Positions 26,884-37,024 of a stretch of DNA of 64,000 nt are shown piece by piece. Origin of the DNA: Candidatus Binataceae bacterium (GTDB taxonomy: Bacteria; Desulfobacterota; Binatia; Binatales; Binataceae). Each line of letters begins with the position of its first letter. Position 1 is the first letter of the stretch. The notes below the pieces were generated by a model. That model was not told the DNA's origin and ran no database searches. It saw only the letters and a program-made list of their open reading frames with translations. The stretch lies in NCBI GenBank assembly GCA_963789715.1, contig CAWBLQ010000003.1, positions 523,916-587,915 on the forward strand, in the 5' to 3' direction. Made by a program: the position numbers and the translations under genes.

Positions 26884-27405
26884 ATGGCGATGCAAGTCGA
26901 TAAGTCGAATCGCGATCCGGTTGAGAAGCATGTAAGCGCGGCACAGGTCGAAGCCACGCTCGAGCGGTTGAGCCGTGAAGATTCAAAACTGGGCGCGCGA
27001 GTGCTCGACGCGGCGGTTGCGGGTGCGGTGGTGGCGCGGCAACCGGCGGACACCATTCTGCGGGCTGAAGCGGCGGAAGCGTGGAACTCGATCAGGCTGG
27101 TGATCGCGCATCACCTTGCCAGCGAAGAGGATATCGTTCTTCCGTGGCTGAAGTCGCGGGGGAATTTCCCGCCTGACCTGATCTTGCGCGCCTGCGAGCA
27201 GCGTCGGCGGCTGCGTGCGCTGTCACGAACGGTCGACGCCGTATCGTTCATCACGGGGTCGGATGAGGAAGTCGCGCAAGCGGGGACCGCGCTGACGGCG
27301 TTCGCGGTCTGTCTCGACGACGTGATCGACGGCGAAGAGCGCGACTTGTTTCCGATGATCCAGCGGAGCCTGTTCGCGCAATCCAGCAGTTCGGTAGCGG
27401 CCTGA
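26884..27405 (+). CDS. Hypothetical protein, possibly with a hemerythrin-like HHE cation-binding domain
   Basis: IAHHLASEEDIVLPWL and GEERDLFPMI resemble HxxxEE...LFP hemerythrin-like motifs. Confidence 0.4.
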   Translation: MAMQVDKSNRDPVEKHVSAAQVEATLERLSREDSKLGARVLDAAVAGAVVARQPADTILRAEAAEAWNSIRLVIAHHLASEEDIVLPWLKSRGNFPPDLILRACEQRRRLRALSRTVDAVSFITGSDEEVAQAGTALTAFAVCLDDVIDGEERDLFPMIQRSLFAQSSSSVAA

Positions 27406-27423
27406 GGTCAACGCGCCGGCCGG

Positions 27424-28290
27424 CTATTTCGCGTATCCGATCTCGAGCATGAAATCGCGCACCAACTGATTGAAGACGGCGGCGTTCTCGAAATAGATCG
27501 AATGGCCGCAGCCGGGCACCGTGCGCAGCCGTGAATTTGGCAGCGCTGACGCGAGCGCCTTGACGACGTCGGGCGTGATCAGCGTGTCCTGCTCGCCCAC
27601 CATGCACAGGACGGGCATCGTCAAGCGCCGCTTCACGGCGGCGAGATCGTAGCGCAGTCCGATTATCCGTGCGCCCGCGTCGGCGGGAGGCCGCGCGCCG
27701 TGAATCCGGATTTCATCGTACAGAAAAGCCAGCTCGGGCCGCCGCGAAAAATAATCGGCGGCATAGGTCGGCAGCGAGCCGATCGGCGGAGTCGCGTCGA
27801 CCGGCAGCGGCGCCCGACTCGGCGCGAACTTCATCTCGGGCGTGAAGATTCCGCCCGGCGTATCCGCCATCACCATCGCGGCGACGCGTTCGGGATGCTC
27901 GAGTGCACAGCCGACGATCGTCCAGCCGCCCATCGATTGCCCCACCAGCACGGCCTGGTCGATCTTCAGATGGTCGAGCAGGGCGCCGAGATCGCTTGCG
28001 TGCGCGCGATTGAACAGGCCGTCGGGGTCGGGCGAGAGGCCGAAGCCGCGCTGGTCAACCGTGACGCACTCGAACGATCGCATGAAGTAGGGGACCTGCT
28101 GCCACCATGAGAGATGGTTGCCGCCGAGGCCGTGGAGGAAGACTATCGGCGCGCCGCCGCCGACACGTTCGTAGTAGAGCGAGAACTTGCCGATTTCCAA
28201 TCTGCCGGGCGTGATTCGATATTCCATCGCGATTCCCCTGCGGCCGGACGTGCAACTGGTAGTCGTAGCCGGGCGAGAAGGGGAGTGCAA
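27424..28290 (-). CDS. Alpha/beta hydrolase
   Basis: IVFLHGLGGN..., VLVGQSMGGW (GxSxG) and a C-terminal catalytic His region. Confidence 0.8.
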   Translation of the reverse strand: MHSPSRPATTTSCTSGRRGIAMEYRITPGRLEIGKFSLYYERVGGGAPIVFLHGLGGNHLSWWQQVPYFMRSFECVTVDQRGFGLSPDPDGLFNRAHASDLGALLDHLKIDQAVLVGQSMGGWTIVGCALEHPERVAAMVMADTPGGIFTPEMKFAPSRAPLPVDATPPIGSLPTYAADYFSRRPELAFLYDEIRIHGARPPADAGARIIGLRYDLAAVKRRLTMPVLCMVGEQDTLITPDVVKALASALPNSRLRTVPGCGHSIYFENAAVFNQLVRDFMLEIGYAK

Positions 28291-28294
28291 ACCG

Positions 28295-30523
28295 TTATGG
28301 CAGACAGACGGCGTGCGCAGGCTTTTGCTTGAGGCAGGCGACCAGCGGAGTCAGGACCGGGCGCGCCGCGCCGACGATCTCGGCCACGGTGTAGGCATTC
28401 GCCACCCAGACGTTGCCGGCAGCGTCGATTGCTACGCCGTCGGGGAAGTTGAAGGCTCCGATCGGAGCGAAATTGCCGGCCAGGCCGCCGCTGGAAGTCA
28501 GCTCCGTCACGCTGTCTTCGGAGTTCGTCACCCAGGCGTTGCCCTCGGCGTCGATTGCCACGAAGCCCGGACTGTCGAACCCAGCGCCAGCGGGAGCGAA
28601 ATTGCCGGCGAGGTCGCCGCTGGAGGTCACCTCTGTCACCGTGTTGCCGCCTTCGTTCGCCACCCAGGCATTCCCTCCCGCATCGATGGCCACGCCGCCC
28701 GGCCCGTCTAAGTCCGTGGAGAAAGGTTCGCCTACGATGCCGCCGCTGGAGCTCAAAATGGTCAGGCTGTTGGCGAGGATGTCCGTCACCCAGACGTTGC
28801 CGAAGGCGTCGATTGCCACGAACTGCGGCGCCTGGAAGTTGCCGGGAACGAAATTGCCGGCCAGGCTTCCGCTGGAGGTCAACTCGGTTACGCTTCTGCC
28901 GCCCAGGTTCGTCACCCAGGCGTTGTTGGCGGCGTCGATTGCCACCTGGATCGGGGACTCGAAGTTGGCGCCGCTCGGAGCGAAGTTGCCAACCAGACCG
29001 CCGCTGGAGTTCAACTCGGTCACGGTATCGCCGGAGTAGTTGGTCACCCAAACGTTGCCGTCGGCGTCGATCGCCACGCCGTTGGGTCCGCTGAAGTTGG
29101 CGCCGCTGGGAGCGAAGTTGCCGACCAGGCCGCCGCTGGAGTTCAACTCGGTCACGGTATCGCCGTGGTAGTTGGTCACCCAAACGTTGCCGGCGGCGTC
29201 GATTGCCAGGAAGCTCAACCCGTTGAAGTTGGCGCCGCTGGGATCGAAATTGAGCGCTATCTCCCAGCCGTCGGGCGCTTTGCTCAGATTGGGCGTGTAC
29301 GGCGGAGAAACGCCTTGAAGGGCAAACAGCGTAGCGACATTCGCGACGGGCTCGGTCGCCATTGCGTGTGCCGCCCCAAGCGTGGTGGCGCTGCCGCCGG
29401 TGTTGCTCAGCAGCGTGGTGCACGCGCTCGACGACGGTCCCGAACTCTCCACGCAGGCCGCCAGGATGTTGGCAATCGTATCCAGCCGCTCCAGGCCGTC
29501 GCAGTTGACCGGCGGTGAAAGGCCGGTGCAGCTCGCCTCGGTTGCGCCCTGATTGCTCCAGAAGCTCGCTGGCGCGCCGCTCACGGTGTCAACCAGATTC
29601 ACCTCCGCCTGGTTGAACGCATTGGCAAGGCCGGTCGCGTTGCTCGCGGGCGCACCGATGACCTGGCCGGTCGAGTCGGTGAACTGGGCCAGCGCCCACT
29701 CGCCCGCAACTGTCGTCTGCTCGTTGACGATGGTGCTCGTGACAATGGTGAAGATACTGCTGCATTTGCCTACCGTCGCCATCATCATCAGGCTGCTGTT
29801 GCTGCCCTGGCCGGCGTTGCCGCCCTGAGCGGTCAGATAAACCTCGTCCTGGGAGCTCTGTGCAGGACAGACCGCTTGGATAGTGAAGCGGCCGTCATCA
29901 GCGCTGGTCGTCGCGCCCAACTGGATCGCACCCGTTCCATAGCCCGTGCCTGCCAACCACATCGCCACGCTGGAGTTGGATACGGGATTGCCGCCGCTTG
30001 TTACCTGCCCGGAGAGCAACGCTTTGGGCGTTGGTGTTACGGTCGGCGTAGCGGTCGCAGTCGCCGTCGGGGTCGGGTTCTTCTGCGTGGCGCTCCCTTT
30101 TAGACCGACGGTAGCCGAGCTCGCACCGCTGGTCGCGTTACTGGTGATGCCGATGGTCCCGTCTTCGTTCTTGCCGGGTCCCTGAGGGATGAACTCAACG
30201 TTAACCTGCTGGCTCATCGAGCCCGCAATCGTGAGCGTGCCGCCCGCGGGAGAAATCGCGGGCGGGGATAGGATCACGTAGTTTTTGGCGTCGGTGGGTG
30301 CGCCGACGGTTACCTCCAACGGCAGCGTGCCTTTGTTACTGATACTGAAATGCTGGGTCTCGTTGAATTTTCCCTTGTCGATATCGACGCTGTAGCTCAA
30401 CGACTTGGGCGAGACAGAAAGTTTGCTTACTGCTGGCTTGCTGTCGGACGACGCAGCTTGAACCGACGCCGGGCGCACAAACGGGCCCAGGAAAAACAGC
30501 ACGGAGAAACTCAGAGCAGCCAT
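28295..30523 (-). CDS. Secreted NHL-repeat beta-propeller protein, paralog A (short TPTATATATPTVTPTP linker)
   Basis: Signal peptide MAALSFSVLFFLGPFVRPASVQA. Ig-like N-domain (KLSVSPKSLSYSVDIDKG...), Cys-rich middle domain, then about 9 NHL-like repeats (..AIDAAGNVWVTNY.GDTVTELNSSGGLVGNF..). Conserved C-terminal tail ..ACLKQKPAHAVCLP. Confidence 0.8.
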   Translation of the reverse strand: MAALSFSVLFFLGPFVRPASVQAASSDSKPAVSKLSVSPKSLSYSVDIDKGKFNETQHFSISNKGTLPLEVTVGAPTDAKNYVILSPPAISPAGGTLTIAGSMSQQVNVEFIPQGPGKNEDGTIGITSNATSGASSATVGLKGSATQKNPTPTATATATPTVTPTPKALLSGQVTSGGNPVSNSSVAMWLAGTGYGTGAIQLGATTSADDGRFTIQAVCPAQSSQDEVYLTAQGGNAGQGSNSSLMMMATVGKCSSIFTIVTSTIVNEQTTVAGEWALAQFTDSTGQVIGAPASNATGLANAFNQAEVNLVDTVSGAPASFWSNQGATEASCTGLSPPVNCDGLERLDTIANILAACVESSGPSSSACTTLLSNTGGSATTLGAAHAMATEPVANVATLFALQGVSPPYTPNLSKAPDGWEIALNFDPSGANFNGLSFLAIDAAGNVWVTNYHGDTVTELNSSGGLVGNFAPSGANFSGPNGVAIDADGNVWVTNYSGDTVTELNSSGGLVGNFAPSGANFESPIQVAIDAANNAWVTNLGGRSVTELTSSGSLAGNFVPGNFQAPQFVAIDAFGNVWVTDILANSLTILSSSGGIVGEPFSTDLDGPGGVAIDAGGNAWVANEGGNTVTEVTSSGDLAGNFAPAGAGFDSPGFVAIDAEGNAWVTNSEDSVTELTSSGGLAGNFAPIGAFNFPDGVAIDAAGNVWVANAYTVAEIVGAARPVLTPLVACLKQKPAHAVCLP

Positions 30524-30594
30524 TGACCTCCATTTTGAATCCGGGTTCACACTCGCATCCAATCTGCCGACGCGGTTCGATATTCCATCACGAT

Positions 30595-33045
30595 CTAGGG
30601 CAGACAGACCGCGTGCGGCGGCTTTTGTTTGAGGCATGCCATCAGCGGTGTCAGGACCGGGCGCGCCGCGCCGACGATCTCGGCCAAGCTGCTGCCGTTT
30701 CCGTTCGTCACCCAGACGTCGCCGGCGGCGTCGATTGCCACGCCTTGCGGGCCGTCGAAGGTGGCGCTGGTAGAGACGGCGTCGTCGGCAGCGAAGTTGG
30801 CGGCCAGGGCGCCGCTGGAGGTCAACTCGGTCACAGTGCCTGTACTGCCAGGACCGCCTTCGTGATTCGCCACCCAGACGTTGCCGGCGGAATCGATTGC
30901 GAGGCTGTACGGGCCGTCGAAGTTGGCGCCAATGGGAGTGAAGTTGCTGGCCGAGGCGCCGCCGGAGGTCAACTCGGTCACGCCGTCGCTAAGATTCGTC
31001 ACCCAGGCGTTGCCGGTGGCGTCGATTGCCACTCCGTCTGGGCGGTCGAAGTTGGCGCCGCTGATCGAGTTGTTGAAGTTACCCGCAAAGGCGCCGCTGG
31101 AGGTCAACTCGGTCACGCTCTTGCCGCCAAAGTTCGGCACCCAGACGTTCCCGGCAGCGTCGATTGCTACGCCTTGCGGGCCGTCGAAGTTGGCGCTTCC
31201 GGGAGCGAAGTTACCGGCAAGCGTGCCGGCGGAGGTCAACTCGGTCACGCTATTGCTGCCAAAGTTCGGCACCCAGACGTCGCCGGCGGCGTCGATTGCC
31301 ACGCTGGACGGCTCATCGATCGAACTGGTGAAGTTACCGGCCAGGGAGCCGCTGGAGGTCAATTCGGTGACGCTGGTACCGTTAGAGTTCGCCACCCAGG
31401 CGTTGCCGTCGGCGTCGATGGCCACAATTATCGGAGCGTCGAAGTTGCCGCCTCCGATGAAGTTACCCACCAAGGCGCCGCTGGAGGTCAACTCGGTCAC
31501 GCTATTGCCGGCAATGTTCGCCACCCAGGCGTTGCCGGCGGCGTCGATTGCCACGCCGAAGGGTGAGTTGAAGCTGGCGCCCATCTGATTGAAATTGAGC
31601 ACGATCTCAAAACCGTCGGGCTGAAGGCCCAGATCGGGGGTGAAAGGAGAACCGCTGTTAAGCGCAAATAGCGCAGTTACATGCGCGACGGGCTTGGTCG
31701 CCATTGCGTGCGCCGCCGCCAGCGTGGTGCTGCCGCCCGTGTTGCTCAGCAGCGTGCTACACGCGTTCGACGACGGTCCCGAACTCTCCACGCACGCGGC
31801 CAGGATGTCGGCGATCGTGTCGAGCCGGTCCAGGCCGTCGCAGTTCACCGGCCCTAGACTGCCAGTGCAGGTCGCCGCAGTCGCGCCCTCGCTACTCCAG
31901 AAGTTCGCCGGCCCGCCGCTCACGATGTCTGCCAGATTGGCCTGCGCCTGCGCGGCCGCATTGCCAATGCCGGTCGCGTTGCTCACCGGCGCACCGATGA
32001 ACTGGCCCGTCGAGTCGGTGAACTGTGCCAGCGCCCACTCGGCGGCCACTGTGGTCAACTCGTTGATCGTCACCGACGCGGGAATGGCGTTGGACATCCC
32101 GGCGACACCCATCAGACCGATTGCCGTGTTGCTCCCGGACCCGCCGTTCCCGCCAAGCGCGACGAGGTAGAGGACGGTGGGCGTAGCCGGCGGGTCGAAG
32201 CCTATCGTAAAGTTGCCACTGGAATTGGTGGTTGTGCTCGCCAGAGCTCCGGCACCGGCGCCATAAGCTGTTCCTGCTTCATAGATCGTCACCGCTGCGC
32301 CCGAGACTGGGCCGAGCCCTCCTTGCACTGTCCCCGAAAGAAAGTTGGTAGGGCTGCCGGTGGCCGTCGGCGTCGGAGTGATGCTTGGCGTAGGCGTCGC
32401 GGTTGCAGTCGCTGTGGCAGTCGCGGTCGCCGTGGCATTCGTGGTCGCCGTGGCAGTCGCGGTCGCCGTGGCAGTCGTCGTCGGCGTGGCCGTGGCACCC
32501 GTCGTCGGCGTCGCCGTGACAGTCGCTGTCGGCGTGGCAGTCAGGGTGGGGGTCGGCTTCTTCTGCGTGGCGCTGCCATGCAGATTGACGGTTGCCGAGC
32601 TCTTCCCGCTGGTCGCGTCGCTGGTGATGGATATGGTCCCGTCTACGTTCTTGCCGGGTCCGTGGGGGGTGAACACAACGTCCACGATGAGGATGTTGTT
32701 GCTGCCCTTGGCTTTGCCAGAAATCGCGGTCTCGCCGCCGCCCGACGTGATGACGTAGTCGGAGTTTGAGGGCGAATTGACGGTTACGTCCAGCGCTAAC
32801 GTCCCAGCGTTCGTGATGGTGAAATGCTTGCTCTCGGAGAATATGCCCTTGTCGATATCGACGCTGTAGCTCAGCGTCGTGGGTGAAACGGAAAGTTTGC
32901 TTACGGCCGTCTTGATGTCGGGCGACGCGTCGTCACCCGATTGCGCCAACGCCGGAAGCGCAAATGCGGTCAACAGGAACAGGAGCGAGAAACTAAGCGT
33001 GCCGATCGGCCGCGCGAACAACTTAATGCGCATCATAACCCTCAC
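30595..33045 (-). CDS. Secreted NHL-repeat beta-propeller protein, paralog B (about 70-aa Thr/Ala/Pro linker)
   Basis: Same layout as 28295-30523. Linker is TLTATPTATVTATPTTGATATPTTTATATATATATTNATATATATATATATPTPSITPTPTATGSP. Tail is ..EIVGAARPVLTPLMACLKQKPPHAVCLP. Confidence 0.8.
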   Translation of the reverse strand: MRVMMRIKLFARPIGTLSFSLLFLLTAFALPALAQSGDDASPDIKTAVSKLSVSPTTLSYSVDIDKGIFSESKHFTITNAGTLALDVTVNSPSNSDYVITSGGGETAISGKAKGSNNILIVDVVFTPHGPGKNVDGTISITSDATSGKSSATVNLHGSATQKKPTPTLTATPTATVTATPTTGATATPTTTATATATATATTNATATATATATATATPTPSITPTPTATGSPTNFLSGTVQGGLGPVSGAAVTIYEAGTAYGAGAGALASTTTNSSGNFTIGFDPPATPTVLYLVALGGNGGSGSNTAIGLMGVAGMSNAIPASVTINELTTVAAEWALAQFTDSTGQFIGAPVSNATGIGNAAAQAQANLADIVSGGPANFWSSEGATAATCTGSLGPVNCDGLDRLDTIADILAACVESSGPSSNACSTLLSNTGGSTTLAAAHAMATKPVAHVTALFALNSGSPFTPDLGLQPDGFEIVLNFNQMGASFNSPFGVAIDAAGNAWVANIAGNSVTELTSSGALVGNFIGGGNFDAPIIVAIDADGNAWVANSNGTSVTELTSSGSLAGNFTSSIDEPSSVAIDAAGDVWVPNFGSNSVTELTSAGTLAGNFAPGSANFDGPQGVAIDAAGNVWVPNFGGKSVTELTSSGAFAGNFNNSISGANFDRPDGVAIDATGNAWVTNLSDGVTELTSGGASASNFTPIGANFDGPYSLAIDSAGNVWVANHEGGPGSTGTVTELTSSGALAANFAADDAVSTSATFDGPQGVAIDAAGDVWVTNGNGSSLAEIVGAARPVLTPLMACLKQKPPHAVCLP

Positions 33046-33204
33046 TCAGCCGACGACGTTAATTCTCGCAGACCCGAGCCTAATTAGCTCAAATCAGTCT
33101 TTTCGCGCAAGTCCGACCGAGCTGTGCTTCCCCGAGTAGCATCCCAAACTGATGAGAGTACTGCTGCAGGAATTCTGGCGCTGCGTATCCGCGCGAAGTG
33201 GAGC

Positions 33205-33786
33205 CTAGCTGCAGGAGGGGCCGACGAATCGCCAATTCGCGACGTGTGCGCCGTTCACCCCCTTCATCATGCCGGACAATTCGCGGCCGTCGTCGGAGAG
33301 GATCAAGTCGGCTTCGGGGGAAGCCGGATTCGCGGAGTTCATTCGCAGCGCAATGACCCTTCCTTTGGCGGTTCCGGTTCCAACGGCCCTCAGCCGGCCA
33401 GTCGCCGCTGCGTAGGTGGTGACGGTCAGCTCGTGGCCGGTCTGTTTTATCAGATGGCAATTCGACAAGTGGTCGCGCCACGCGCCGGTTAAATTCCTGG
33501 GCCCTGGCACGGCGGCGACGACGATGGCGCGAGCATCCCCGCCGCTCGCCGGCAGGTCCGCGGCGGCACGAGTATCTATCGCCGCCAGTTGGCCGGTCTC
33601 GTCACGCAGACGCATCGGGGCGCGAGCTCTTGCTTCGATGCCCGCTCTCAGGCGCGAGTGGTTTCCGAGATACCCCGTCTCGTGGAGCACGCCGATCAAG
33701 CCTGCGGCGGCGGTGAGCGCGGTCGCCAGCCCGCTGAACAGGGTCGGCATCATGTGCCGGAGTCCGACTTTGTCGTTATCCCCCAT
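33205..33786 (-). CDS. Hypothetical membrane-anchored protein
   Basis: N-terminal TM (PTLFSGLATALTAAAGLIGVL). No motif recognised. Lies downstream of 33901-34548 on the same strand. Confidence 0.4.
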   Translation of the reverse strand: MGDNDKVGLRHMMPTLFSGLATALTAAAGLIGVLHETGYLGNHSRLRAGIEARARAPMRLRDETGQLAAIDTRAAADLPASGGDARAIVVAAVPGPRNLTGAWRDHLSNCHLIKQTGHELTVTTYAAATGRLRAVGTGTAKGRVIALRMNSANPASPEADLILSDDGRELSGMMKGVNGAHVANWRFVGPSCS

Positions 33787-33900
33787 CCGGCCCGTCCTTG
33801 CCTCAAGATAAGTACGACGGACGAATCTTAAGGTAACGGACGGGAGCGCATCAAGCGCGCGGCACGATTGAGTTGAGCAGCCGCAGCGGAGGCGGACGGC

Positions 33901-34548
33901 TTAGCGCACGCGTCGCGCCGGTCTGACTTTGAGGTGGCGGGTGCTTCTGCGGGACTTGACGTACATGACAACTGCTACGAATCCGATGAACAGAATTTCC
34001 CACCAGAGCAGCACATTGGCCTGGTCGAGATGGCTGTACCACGTATTCGCGGGAGGCGCCTGTGCGGCAGGCGAGCCGATGGTGCTCATGAAGTTGTCAC
34101 GCCATCGGGACATCGCGATCACACCATTCCAGATCAGGCCCGCGACCAGCACCATCGACCAGAACAGAATACCGAACTGCTCGGGCATGCGGCGGCGCAC
34201 GATGCCCTCAAGCGAAGCCGGTTCGGTCACAATCGCGGGTGCGATAGGAGCCGCGACGCGGCGGAAATCCGGGGTCGGGGCTTCCGAGTGATCGGCGGGA
34301 GGCGCGGCCGGCCGAGGGACGCGGGGCGCATGACCGGGGTCGCCAGCCTCGCGAATCTGGCGCAGGATGAAAAGCATATCCTGCTTGCAAGTCAGGGTTC
34401 CCAACAGCGCGCATTTCGACAGCGCCTCGAGTTCCTTAGGGGTAATCCTGAGACGCTCGATCAGTTCGCGATCGTTTCGAATCTGATCGAGGATCGCTTG
34501 TTCTTCCCGCGGGGCGGGGATCGAATGGCCCTGGAGTTCGCCTTTCAT
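33901..34548 (-). CDS. Hypothetical membrane protein (cytoplasmic N-domain plus two C-terminal TM helices)
   Basis: Two hydrophobic helices (FGILFWSMVLVAGLIWNGVIAM, LLWWEILFIGFVAVVMYV) and a basic C-terminus. Confidence 0.45.
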   Translation of the reverse strand: MKGELQGHSIPAPREEQAILDQIRNDRELIERLRITPKELEALSKCALLGTLTCKQDMLFILRQIREAGDPGHAPRVPRPAAPPADHSEAPTPDFRRVAAPIAPAIVTEPASLEGIVRRRMPEQFGILFWSMVLVAGLIWNGVIAMSRWRDNFMSTIGSPAAQAPPANTWYSHLDQANVLLWWEILFIGFVAVVMYVKSRRSTRHLKVRPARRVR

Positions 34549-34812
34549 GGGGTCGAATTTTTACGCTGGAGCACCGCATAAAGCAAGACTAAAGGAGACA
34601 TGAGATATATAGGATATTAGAACATCTATAAGAGACGAGAAAAGAAGCAATAGATAAAGCAAACAGTACGACTTATCTACCTACTGTATGTTTCAGCGGG
34701 CGAAACAGTAACGAAACTCTACTTTTCGTATGGCATGGAGTGGGCGCGGCCGGCATCGCGGCTCCATCGGTGAACTCTACCGCAGCGATCGGCGCTTACA
34801 GATGATATGGAC

Positions 34813-35847
34813 TTAAACGGCAGCCAGGCGTTTCAGGCTGTCGGATTCGCCAATCGCGACGAGCAAGTCGTCGGGCTCAATCCGCGTTTCGGGAGCAGGA
34901 ATCATTTCGAGCTTTTCGTCGTTGCGCTTCATCGCCACGATCCGAAGCCGCGGATTCTCGCGTTCCACTGCCGCGATTGTCTTGCCGGCCGCTGGGCTTT
35001 CCGGCGAGATCCTGATTTCCTCCAGATCGACCTCAGACTCACGGCCTGGTACCGACAGTTGCAGAAAATCGACGACCGACGGACGCAGGATGCTCGCCGC
35101 GATTCTCATCCCGGCCCATTGATAGGCCGCGACTACCTGGTCCGCTCCCGCTAACTTCAACCGCCGCAACCCCGCATCTGAGTCGCCACGGGCATAGATT
35201 AGAATCTTCGGATTTTTCTCGCGCGCTGAAAGCGTGATGTACACGTTGTCCGCATCAGATCCGGTGGCGACGATTATCGCGCGGGCGGAATTGGTCCCGG
35301 CGTCCTCGAGCACTGAATCCGCCAGCGCCGATCCAATAATGTGCAACGCGCCGACGCTGTCCAGGTCGGCTTGCTTGGCGGGATCCGCCTCGATCACCAC
35401 CATCGGCACCGTGTTGCGAGCAAGCTCTTCGACAACCGCGCGGCCGAAACGGCCGAAGCCGCACACGATGACATGCCCCTGGAGATTGTGAATTTTGCGA
35501 TTCATTGCGCTCTTCCCGAGAAACTCTCTAAGGCGCCCCTCAACCACCAGTTCCCCGATTACCGAAAACAGGTAAATCGCGCTGCCTACACCTGTGACTA
35601 TCAGCCCGATTGTGAAAAGACGACCGGCCGGGCTGAGCGGTTTTACCTCACCAAAACCGACCGTCGAGATGGTGATGACGGACATGTAGAAGGCGTCGAG
35701 AACTGACCAGTGCTCGATCAGCATGTAGCCGGCGGCGCCTATCACGGTCATCAGGGCGACCAAAAAGACCGCGAGCGCGAATCTGCGAGTTGGGGTCATC
35801 CCGATGGAGGCAGCAGCTTTCCCTTGAAGGTTTCGGCGACTCTGCAC
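34813..35847 (-). CDS. Two-TM K+ channel with cytoplasmic RCK (TrkA-N plus TrkA-C) domains (MthK/Kch-like)
   Basis: Selectivity filter TISTVGFGE between two TM helices. HVIVCGFGRFGRAVVEEL is the Rossmann GxGxxG of RCK_N. The C-terminus is a TrkA-C domain. Confidence 0.8.
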   Translation of the reverse strand: MQSRRNLQGKAAASIGMTPTRRFALAVFLVALMTVIGAAGYMLIEHWSVLDAFYMSVITISTVGFGEVKPLSPAGRLFTIGLIVTGVGSAIYLFSVIGELVVEGRLREFLGKSAMNRKIHNLQGHVIVCGFGRFGRAVVEELARNTVPMVVIEADPAKQADLDSVGALHIIGSALADSVLEDAGTNSARAIIVATGSDADNVYITLSAREKNPKILIYARGDSDAGLRRLKLAGADQVVAAYQWAGMRIAASILRPSVVDFLQLSVPGRESEVDLEEIRISPESPAAGKTIAAVERENPRLRIVAMKRNDEKLEMIPAPETRIEPDDLLVAIGESDSLKRLAAV

Positions 35848-36038
35848 TCTACATCATAATCTGCATAGTCTGCTGCCTTGACGGTTGTCCTTCGGGGCGC
35901 CCTCGCCGTGGCGCCTGCGCTCATTGTGCTTCCGCATATCGAATGGCGCGACCGGATACACAATCACCACTGGATGCTGGATATCGCCTGTAGCCCCGGC
36001 ACGTTTGGCCGGCGGATTCCCTCACCGTCGCGGAGCCC

Positions 36039-36455
36039 TTAGGGGTTCATGATCTGGCTGGCGTCGGCGACGACGATTAAAAATGCTCTGAGCAGATCGG
36101 TTGTAGTGACGATGCCGACCAGCTTTCCGTCGGCGACGATCGGCAGTCCGCCGATCTTGTGTTTCAGCATCAGGCGCGCCGCGTCTTCCGCCGTATCATG
36201 CGGCGTGACGGTGACAAGCGCTGTGCGCATAGCCGCGTTCACGCGCGTCGATTCCAGAAAGCCCGAGTATTTGTGCAGGTCGCGTTCAGTCAGGATGCCG
36301 ACGAGTCGCCCGTCCTCGACCACCGGCACACGCCTGAAGTGACCGGCGTCCATGATGCTTTTTGCCCTCGACAAATTATCGTGCGGATGGATCGTTACCG
36401 GGTCCGAAGTCATAAAATTAACAATCTGCATGGTTTTGTTCTCCGTGGCGGTCAA
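36039..36455 (-). CDS. CBS-domain pair protein
   Basis: Two CBS motifs (MTSDPVTIHPHDNLSRAKSIMDAGHFRRVPVVEDGRLVGILTERDL... and ...LMLKHKIGGLPIVADGKLVGIVTTTDLLRA). Confidence 0.8.
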   Translation of the reverse strand: MTATENKTMQIVNFMTSDPVTIHPHDNLSRAKSIMDAGHFRRVPVVEDGRLVGILTERDLHKYSGFLESTRVNAAMRTALVTVTPHDTAEDAARLMLKHKIGGLPIVADGKLVGIVTTTDLLRAFLIVVADASQIMNP

Positions 36456-36648
36456 CTTGATCAGACTGCAATTCGCTTGCCATCAGGCTGACGCGTTTAT
36501 CGTGCCCGTTAGCCTGCATTCAAAATTTGCTCGCTGGTGCGATCGGATACAGATCCGCCTGGCAGCTCTCGAAAACCTTTACCCGGCCAGTGGCACGGCA
36601 TTCGTCATTCGAATCAAGCTGCGCGTGAGTGGCGCACCTTTAAACAAT

Positions 36649-36688
36649 GCCCCGGCCGGGAGTCGAACCCGGACTTGAAATTCCGGAG
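36649..36688 (-). repeat. Direct repeat of the 3' 40 nt of tRNA-Arg(CCG), the distal att site of the integrated island
   Basis: Reverse complement CTCCGGAATTTCAAGTCCGGGTTCGACTCCCGGCCGGGGCA matches tRNA positions 32-72 (CTCCGGAACCTCAAGTCCGGGTTCGATTCCCGGCCGGGGCA) at 38 of 41. There is no 5' half and no CCA, so it is a fragment and not a tRNA gene. Confidence 0.6.
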
Positions 36689-37024
36689 TGCTGCACGACT
36701 GGATCACCAAAAGCCGTTATCGGCCTTTCATAAAGGCTTTTCCGCCGCCGCAGGTTACGATAGTGGCGATCTTCGGCCCCTGTCCACACCAGTTCGGGCA
36801 CGGTCGGGGCACGGTTTCTTACTCACGGAATATTTTTTCTAACAGATAGTCTCCATCGGGCGTAACGCTAAAGGCTCGGCGACCCGCCCCGTGTCGCGCC
36901 CGACGCACCCCGCATCGAGCCCTGAAAGCGGCGCACGCGGCGCGACGCGCGGGTTGTCGGCGCGTTTGCGGGCGACGGGCCGGCGCCCACCACAGGGGCG
37001 TTTTGCGCTACAGGGCTGGTTGGA

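Noticed and set aside
36600-36830. Second tRNA gene or tmRNA at the left island boundary
   Set aside because: Only tRNA positions 32-73 are present. The anticodon stem 5' arm, D-arm and 5' acceptor are absent, and no CCA is encoded. The segment does not fold as tRNA or match tmRNA termini. It is interpreted as the att duplication.
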